Positions 54,050-64,000 of a DNA stretch of 64,000 nucleotides are shown one piece after another. The translations under genes and the position numbers were made by a program. The first letter of the stretch is position 1; every line of letters begins with the position of its first letter. Under the pieces are notes generated by a model. That model saw nothing but the letters and a program-made list of their open reading frames with translations, had not been told where the DNA came from and did no database searches. This DNA is from Macrostomum lignano (taxonomy: Eukaryota), in NCBI GenBank assembly GCA_002269645.1, contig NIVC01000267.1, positions 186,001 through 250,000 of the forward strand, given 5' to 3'.

Positions 54050-54645
54050 TGTGTCTGACAATTGTGCTTGATGTGACTGACAATTGTGATTAATGTGACT
54101 GACAATTGTGATTAATGTGACTGACAATTGTGATTGATGTGACTGACAATTGTGATTGATGTGACTGACAATTGTGATTAATGTGACTGACAATTGTGAT
54201 TGATGTGTCTGACAATTGTGATTGATGTGTCTGACAATTGTGCTTGATGTGACTGACAATTGTGATTGATGTGACTGACAATTGTGATTGATGTGTCTGA
54301 CAATTGTGTTTGATGTGTCTGACAATTGTGATTAATGTGACTGACAATTGTGATTAATGTGACTGACAATTGTGATTGATGTGACTGACAATTGTGCTTG
54401 ATGTGACTGACAATTGTGATTAATGTGACTGACAATTGTGATTGATGTGTCTGACAATTGTGCTTGATGTGTCTGACAATTGTGCTTGATGTGTCTGACA
54501 ATTGTGATTGATGTGACTGACAATTGTGCTTGATGTGACTGACAATTGTGCTTGATGTGTCTGACAATTGTGATTGATGTGACTGATAGTCGTGACTGAT
54601 GTGACTGACAATTGTGCTTGATGTGACTGACAATTGTGACTGATG
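54050..54645. repeat. 22-bp minisatellite GACTGACAATTGTGATTGATGT
   Basis: Direct reading. Confidence 0.93.
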
Positions 54646-56081
54646 CAATTGAGAATTGACACACTAGCGTCAGTTCCTTCCTGGCGCCCCCCCCCTCAGA
54701 CATCCATTTCAGTCTTGTACATGTACTCAGTATTTCATAGCGCTATCCTGGCTAACCTTGAATTATCATTTAATTCCTTTTTAATTTAAGCTTTTTGATT
54801 GCAAAATAATTTCAATTTCAATTCACCAACACCACCATTAGCAATCAACTGGTGCCAAAACCTTACAAACCGCCCTGCTTCAAAGTGTATATCATTCTTT
54901 GTTTAGAAATCCAACTCACACGCTTCAGCCTCATTCTTGTGTGCATAAATTTGAATTGATTAGTTTATAACTATATATAGTAATTCTATTGTAAAGAAAA
55001 ACTGTAATACCTGACACTTCGCTACTAAGAATTGCGATTGTAATGCATATATTCCATTCGATTTGATTTTCTAATTGAAAACTTGCAATTCTGTGCGCTT
55101 ACTCGCTTGTCTATTCTGCCTGTGATAAACTGATTGGGATTGGGAACACGCATTGCTGCTATTTGTGCTGCTTCATCTGATTCCTTCTAATTATTATTTT
55201 TTATTTGCTTTCTGGGACAATCCTCAAAAATTGGCATCGGCTTTAGTGTTGAATGTTTTAAAAATTTGTTCTTTTTTAAATTAGTAAGAAGTAAGTAGAA
55301 TGTGCTTGTTATGCTACTGAAAAGAATCAGTAGCTTGTCAGTGTATGCTTAGATGTTTACTGTAATTATTTTTTGTCTATTTAAACTTAAAATATTGTTA
55401 TTAGCGATTTTTTGTTTTGTAGTTTAAAAGAAACAGATTATATTCGTGCCGTACTACTGAACTTTTGGAAATCAGTAGTATGATAAGGGTTAAGAGGTTA
55501 GAATGGTTGATTAATTATCATTTGCTTTCACCTTATATTGAGAGCCAAATGTTAGCGCTTGTCCCGTTGAAAGCGTTATCGCGACTTTGTAACGACTAAA
55601 ACGACTGGTCTGTAATGCGACCGAGAGGCGACTGTGGAGTCAGTGAGTTGAGTTGCAGAATCATAAAATAGTCGCAAAAATGCTATTTTACATGCAACGA
55701 TTTTGAAACCACTCTGTGGCGACACAAATGACGCTGGGACGCTTTTTTGTCTGGGTACCGGTTTCATCGGACTGTCCAATTGATTGCGCCATTAGCGGGG
55801 GCTGCGTATGTTGATTGCTAATTGTCTTTTTTGTTTTGTAATTAAATTTTATTGCTTGGCCTAAGTTATAGTTATTACAAGCCTATATTGGCACATTATG
55901 AAACAATGCGAAATCTGATTTCTGATTTAAAGTCATTATAACAATCGTAAAATAAGTTGTCAAGTTCAAGGCAAGCTGACAGAATCAGGATGCCCCGAGG
56001 CTGGCAGGTTGCCATGGGCATTGTTAAGACTCGGTTTGAAAGATATGGCCCAATCTTGAGTCCAATCCAGCGCAATATTGC

Positions 56082-56116
<35 letters not shown>

Positions 56117-56639
56117 CTGTTGTTTTATTATTTTCGATACACTGGAAAGCACTTATCAGGCTTGACAAGTTGTAATCTTGTTGAGCGCCTCTCAAATGGA
56201 CAAAGACCTGAACTAGTCTTTGTAGATATTTTTACACCATCGGGGCCCGCCGTCTTGCCCAGTGAGTGAGGATGCGGGGTGGGGGGAGGGTTATCGAGAA
56301 TTAAAAGTGTATAATGAGGGGTTGTGTCGGCATGCGGTGGGAGAAACTCATCGACAGAAGCCTCGCAGTCCTGAGCAGTCGGTGGGGGCGGTCCTGGCCG
56401 GGGCTCATTAGCTGGCCGAACCTCCACCGATGCTGGACTCTGATAAGCGGCTCAGTTTTCACTGATCGCCGCTGACAAACTGCCCGAGAGCTGCCGGGCT
56501 TGAGCTGGAGATTTTGAGACTTCAGCTGGTCGGGAGTCCTTCCTGCAGTGCCAACGATGGGATCAGCAACTGAGGGGGTTGGATAGTGTTGCGGGGACGG
56601 TCAGGCGGCTGGAATGAAGGTGGAGGACAAAGGACTGAC

Positions 56640-56945
56640 TGACCGACAGCAAGATAGACACTATTTATGGTACGGTATGCAGACAGACACTATGACATCC
56701 ATACAGACACTGTGACGTACAGACAGACAGACACTATGACATCCAGACAGGCACTGTGACGTACAGACAGACAGACGACACTATGACATACTGACACACT
56801 GACATGCATACAGACACTATGACGTACAGACAGGCACTGTGACGTACAGACAGACAGACACTATGACATACAGACAGAAACTATGGCAGATAGACAGAGA
56901 ACACTATGACATACAGACACTGACATACAGACAGACACTAAGGTA
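56640..56945. repeat. Degenerate CAGA(CAGA)CACTATGAC repeat
   Basis: Direct reading. Confidence 0.75.
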
Positions 56946-57647
56946 GACAAGACGCACAGTAATGACTGCTGGTACGAGGGTATATAAGTGACGACTGACT
57001 GATAGACAAATACATTTACATTGCTGACGCTCATTCTACAGAAAAGCGACAGGCGTGTAAAAAGCAGACCAACTAATTCAAAAATGCTAACAATGATTCG
57101 ATTACAAAATTCGATCCCATGCAAGGCGATTAAAAAGCGGCACCTACCAAGAAGTGGTCAAGATCCCCTGATCCCCTCATTTCAATCATAGATTGCATTA
57201 GCATGGCGGGGTTGAGCAGAAACTAACTCTCCGCTGGGGCAGTCAGTTTCTAGGAAAGTCCAGCTCTCGCCTGAGAGCGGCGGCTTCATTGAAAGCTGGG
57301 AGAAAAGCTCTCAAGGGATCTGGGAAGTGGGGGCTTTAGGGAAGACTGCTTGCAATCCGACACCTGAGAAACATTCTCACCTCTCCCTCCTCCACCTCTG
57401 TTCAAAATCAATTTCTAATCGCTTTCTCCTCCGCATCTTGGCATGGATTTTGCCGCAACGGCTGGTCGCTGAGTTTAGGATCGAGTTACGCCCCCCTAAC
57501 CCTGCCGCCTGGCGTCTCCTGTAGCCAATATCCGAGAGAAATTCTCCGAGTCTGAACCGACTTAAAAAAACTTCCTAAAGCAGTTCTCTCGCTTCATCAG
57601 CTCAAAAGCAGTGCAGTTGTTGAGATGTAGAAAAGGTTCAAATTTAG

Positions 57648-57935
57648 GAGAAGCTCATACAAAACAACATGATCACTGTGATTCTCATAAAAAACAGCAT
57701 GATCACTGTGATTCTCATAAAAAACAGCATGATCACTGTGATTCTCATAAAAAAACAGCATGATCACTGTGATTCTCATAAAAAACAGCATGATCACTGT
57801 GATTCTCATAAAAAACAGCATGAACACTGTGATGCTCATACAGAACAGCATGATCACTGTGATTCTCATAAAAAACAGCATGATCACTGTGATGCTCATA
57901 CAAAACAGCATGAACACTGTGATGCTCATACAGAA
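57648..57935. repeat. 32-bp minisatellite AAAACAGCATGATCACTGTGATTCTCATAA
   Basis: About 9 copies. Confidence 0.92.
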
Positions 57936-58061
57936 CAGTCTGACAACTGTCTGACTTCATTAAGCATGTAGTCGATGCAGTCATAAGATTTTATATGACT
58001 AATTTGACAGTGTTGACCACACTTCGCTCGTGTTCATTATTTACTGTCAAGAATCCATTCT

Positions 58062-58395
58062 GCTCATACCAATAATGGTCAATGACCCATTCTGCTCATA
58101 TCAATAATGGTCAATGACCCATTCTGCTCGTGCCGGTATTGGTCAGTGACCCATTCTGCTCATACCGATATTGGTCAATGACCCATTCTGCTCATATCAA
58201 TAATGGTCAATGACCCATTCTGCTCATACCAATAATGGTCAATGACCCATTCTGCTCGTGCCGGTATTGGTCAGTGACCCATTCTGCTCATACCGATATT
58301 GGTCAATGACCCATTCTGCTCATACCGATATTGGTCAATGACCCATTCTGCTCATACCGATAATGGTTAATGACCCATTCTGCTCATACCGATAA
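58062..58395. repeat. 32-bp minisatellite GACCCATTCTGCTCATACCGATATTGGTCAAT
   Basis: About 10 copies. Confidence 0.92.
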
Positions 58396-58989
58396 TTCTG
58401 AGGGTCACCCTCTGCTTATATTTTATGATCACTATCACATAGCTCATACTGATTATTATGACCGCGGTCATCATATGGCAGCGACATGGTGACTGACCGA
58501 CTTCTCCCAGTCAAATGCTAAGGAGGCACTCCCTCCAAAGCCGTCAGTCTCCATACTTGCAGCGTCTCCCTGTCAGACTGTCACAGCGCTGACAGAAACC
58601 CGATGCTCCTCGCAGATCGCCCCGGGGCTGCTCAAACAAAGGGAATTCGCGCCCGAACTGCAAATCGAACTGAGAAGACTAAAAAAGGCAGCCTCGATAA
58701 GAAGCGACTCCGAGAGCCCGGCAGTGTCTGGTTGATGCGGGACCAATCTGAATTTATAATTTTTCAATAGGGAAACTGCATGTCTGCTGCAATCCTTCAG
58801 CGATTCGAAAGGATTCTCAGTGAACTGGATAGCAGCGAGAGAAAAGGGTCAGGCCGGGGGGAGTCAGCTTCTAAAGAGTCAGGTTATAAGGAGTCAGAGC
58901 ATTGAGAGTCAGTTTATTGAGAGAGTCAGCGCAAAAAGAATCAGATGATGGATAGAGTCAGATCATAGAGACAGGTTATTATAGAGTGA

Positions 58990-59757
58990 GTCATAAGAGA
59001 GAAACTGGTCATAAGAGAGAAACTGGTCATAAGAGAGAAACTGGTCATAAGAAATCAAGAAACTGGTCATAAGAGAGAAACTGGTCATAATAGAAAACAT
59101 GTCATAAGTGCGAAACAGATCATATGAGAGAAACTGGTCATAATAGAGAAACTGTTCATAATAGAAAAAAAGGTCATAAGAGAGAAAAAGTCATAAGAAA
59201 TGAGAAAATGGTCATAAGAAATCGAGAAACAGGTCATAAGAAATCGAGAAACAGGTCATAAGAAATCGAGAAACATGTCATAAGAAATCGAGAAACAGGT
59301 CATAAGAGAGAAACAGGTCATAAGAGAGAAACTGATCATAAGAGAGAAACTGATCATATGTGAGAAACAGGTCATAAGAGAGAAACTGATCATAAGAGAG
59401 AAACTGGTCATAAGAGAGAAACAGGTCATAAGAGAGAAACAGGTCATAAGAAAGAAACTGATCATAAGAGAGAAACTGGTCATAAGAGAGAAACTGGTCA
59501 TAAGAGAGAAACAGATCATAAGAGAGAAACAGGTCATAAGAGAGAAACAGGTCATAAGAGAGAAACAGGTCATAAGAGAGAAATAGGTCATAAGAGAGAA
59601 ACTGGTCATAAGAGAGAAACAGGTCATAAGAGAGAAACAGGTCATAAGAGAGAAACTGATCATAAGAGAGAAACTGATCATATGTGAGAAACAGGTCATA
59701 AGAGAGAAACTGGTCATAAGAGAGAAACTGGTCATAAGAGAGAAACTGGTCATAAGA
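58990..59757. repeat. 18-bp minisatellite CATAAGAGAGAAAC(T/A)GGT
   Basis: Direct reading. Confidence 0.93.
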
Positions 59758-60844
59758 AAGGCTCAGCTCCAGAAGCGGTCATTAAGCCTCATCAAGCAAC
59801 GGTCAGCCTCAACGGCCACCCCCGTCAGGCACACTGAGGCGCCGCTCTCGAACCCCAAAAGTTGACAATCGCGGCCTGTGCTTCTCTCTCTTTCCACAGC
59901 GCTCGCCGCCGCTGACCCCAGAGCTGAACAGCGGCGGGAAAAACCTCCTCCTCATCCTCCTCCTCCGCCTTCATCCCCATTCAGCCTGCGTGTTTGCCGC
60001 TCTGGATTCGATTCGAGTGGGCGAAACTCCTCGAAAAAATCTCCCTTCGGACCCATATGAGCTCTCACTTGCCGCCCTTCAGTCCGCAAGCTTAGTCCAA
60101 GCCGTAGGGCCGTCTGTTTGTTCAATATCACATTTCCCACAGCCAGGGCGGCGTTGAATTGAGTTTTATATAGAGCCCCCCCCGCCAACTTTCCCTTAAG
60201 TAAAAAGTAAAGTGTATATACTGTGCAATAAATACGGTTGCGTGGGAGAGGTTGTAGACTAAAAGTTGACAATCAAAAACCAGTATAGAAATTAATTTGT
60301 TTGTGAAAATTCCAAGTCTAATGTTGAGTACTGCTCAAGTTAGAGATGGCAGAGTTTTCTTTGGCGAGTTATTTAACAAAAAAAATGAGCAGACAGAATG
60401 CAGACTACGATAGGGGAAGCGGGAGGGCTGTGAAAGAGGAAGCAGAAACCAGATCCCACTGCAAATATTGGGGTGGGGGGCAAGCCAACAGTCCAATATC
60501 CGTCAAGTTCCTCCCGCAGCTGAAGTGTGTGCATTAGACTTCTGTTGGTGCCACCGCGCGGGCCAGCGGGCTCCTGCAACCTCCGGCAGGAGACACGCGG
60601 GAATTGAGGCTCGAACCGAAAGCTCCGTTCGATATCAGCAGATGTTGGGCAGCGGTTGGGAGTGCGCTTGAATATAAATGACAGGACATGAGCCGCTGCT
60701 GTGACTGCACTGTCACTCACCCAAATCACTTTCTCGACTGTGAGAGTCCCTGCCTAGTGTGTGTTTTCTTTGTCATGAGCGGCATGTAGTATTCAGATTG
60801 CAATTTACTGGGGTTAGGAGCGATGATTACAGGAGTTATGGGCA

Positions 60845-61440
60845 ATATTTACTGGGATTGTGACCAATATCTACTGTAGGATTATGACCAATATCTACTG
60901 TGAGATTATGAGCAATATCTACTGTGAGATTATGAGCGATATCTACTGTAAGATTATGAGCAATATTTTCTGAGATTATGAGCGATATCTACTGAGATTA
61001 TGACCAATATCTACTGTGAGATTATGACCCATATCTACTGTGAGATTATGAGCGATATCTACTGTGAGATTATGAGCAATATTTTCTGAGATTATGAGCG
61101 ATATCTACTGTGAGATTATGAGCAATATCTACTGTGAAATTATGAGCAATATCTACTGTGAGGTTATGAGCAATATTTTCTGAGATTATAAGCGATATCT
61201 ACTGAGATTATGACCAATATCTACTGTGAGATTATGAGCAATATCCACTGTAATATGAGAAATATTTACTAGGATTATGAGCGATATATACATGGATTAT
61301 GAGCGAAAATTACTGGGATTATGAGCGATATTTACGTGGATTATGAGCGATATTTGCTGTGGGATAATGACAAATATCTACTGTGTGATTATGACCAATA
61401 TCCAGTGTGAGATTATGACCGATATCTACCTCTGTGAGAT
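60845..61440. repeat. 24-bp minisatellite GAGATTATGAGCAATATCTACTGT
   Basis: Direct reading; degenerate edges. Confidence 0.9.
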
Positions 61441-62312
61441 GATCAGCCAATTCGCTAATAGTTCAAGCCTTTAAACAGTTCAAACACCTGGTTTTTAGTT
61501 TCTAATCCTCTAGCTCGAGAACCGTTTTGCTCAAACTCTAAATCTATTCGAAATGATTTTATCCAGGTGTTACTTCACTCGATGTAAGATTTACAGTTCA
61601 TCGAATTCTTTAAACCAACCTTAATCTAAACCAACTCAACCCAGCCCTGAATACAGTGGGATGAATGCCTTCGGGGCTTGAGCACACCAGTCCAGCTGGT
61701 CATACGCCACCATCGCCGCTGTTCCTTGCTTTTTTTCCCCAACCGCTACCCCTCTCCCAAGTTTGAACTGTTAATCAAGGGGGACCCCCTTGTCCGTCAT
61801 TTGGCCATCAAACTTGTCACTGATAGCAGGGCGGGCAGGCAGTATCCACCTGGAGCTGCATACTGGAGACTGTCCTGCCCTGTTCCCATATGGACCCCGG
61901 GGATAGCCTCTGCTCATTAGCCTCGCGAGCATGTGATGCAACACCTTAACTAACCCGCGCCCCGTGCGCATTCTCGGTATCCTTGTAATTAAAATACTCA
62001 ACTATGTATGAGCTCATTGTAAAATTTGAATCCAATTTTGTTCGCTAATATAGAGTAAAGCTATTTTCCAGCTACTCGACAGATTGGGGGCGCGAGAAAC
62101 TCGACAGTTCGCCGAGCTTATCTGGGCGAATCATCTTGGCGGCTCGCCTTTCGGCTGGTCTGAAAGCGGACAAGAATTCACTGGGGCGCTGCTCGATGGG
62201 AGAATGCAAGGTCGTCAGCTTTCACCGGAACTGCAGGGCCATGCCAGCCCAGCAGATCCGGTTGCTTCCGGCTCTTGCAGATCCTGCGGCACCCCATCTG
62301 CTCAGGGAGCCT

Positions 62313-63385
<1,073 letters not shown>

Positions 63386-64000
63386 GCATAAAAATACTCC
63401 CATTTCAGTTGCAAACATTTCCCCAAATGGAGTTGCTACAATAATTTAAAATATGCAAATTTATGCGCCGTCAACAAGTCAGTGACTCGCTCCAGCCGCA
63501 CGCAGCCGCAGGCACTGAATGCACTGGACCCAGTCGCGAGCCTAATGACCCGGATACATGCAGAAAGTCGAACGCCCTTTGTTTCTCCGGCTCGGCGGAA
63601 GTCATAAACAAACAAGAAAGCCCCCAGCAGCTGCTGTAGAGGCGACCTGGGCACTGGGAGATCGGGGAGTCCCCAATCGGCTTCCCTCCGAAACCCGAGA
63701 ACCGCCTGCCCGGCCGCCCGGACTCCGGCAAGTTTTTAGCGGCGCATAGCAACTGAAAAAATCGAAAGTAGGAATTGATGAGGGGTTGGGGGTGGTGACA
63801 AACAATTTCGTCACACCTTGGCTCAGCCGCCTCGTCACTCGGGTGCTTCTGTCTCCATCGTCCGTCGCCAACCGACTGTCTCGCCTTTGCCCTCCTCAGC
63901 CACCCCAGCCCAGAGTCGTCGAATGGGTAAGCTGATACCCCCCCCCTCCCTAACTCGGAGATTTCCGAAGGGCGAAAGAAGAAGGCGCGATAGAGAGGGG

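Noticed and set aside
56128-56600. GC-rich island with short minus-strand ORFs
   Set aside because: No recognisable domain or consistent exon structure; could be regulatory.

Overview
Animal genomic DNA. A free-living flatworm such as Macrostomum is my inference from GC-rich codons, poly-Q/A/H tracts and extreme minisatellite density; it is not proven by the sequence. Two homeobox genes lie head-to-head: Lhx3/4 (Lim3) on the minus strand (5 coding exons, about 400 aa, first exon tentative) and Six1/2 (sine oculis) on the plus strand (2 exons, about 469 aa). A second divergent pair follows: an orphan Gln/Gly/Cys/Met-rich ORF (-) and a membrane-anchored protein with SILK and RVxF PP1-docking motifs (+). 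About 35 micro/minisatellite arrays fill introns and intergenic space and explain most long ORFs in the track. The most striking signal is a full-length 1293-bp mariner (DD34D) transposon at 50749-52041. It appears killed almost only by C>T/G>A transitions at CpG and CpA on both strands: 10 stops in one frame (9 TAG, 1 TAA, 0 TGA) and only 6 CpG left. It sits in a 2.4-kb CpG void that extends past both ends. This resembles fungal RIP or targeted methylation-deamination of a repeat, while the neighbouring unique sequence keeps its CpGs.
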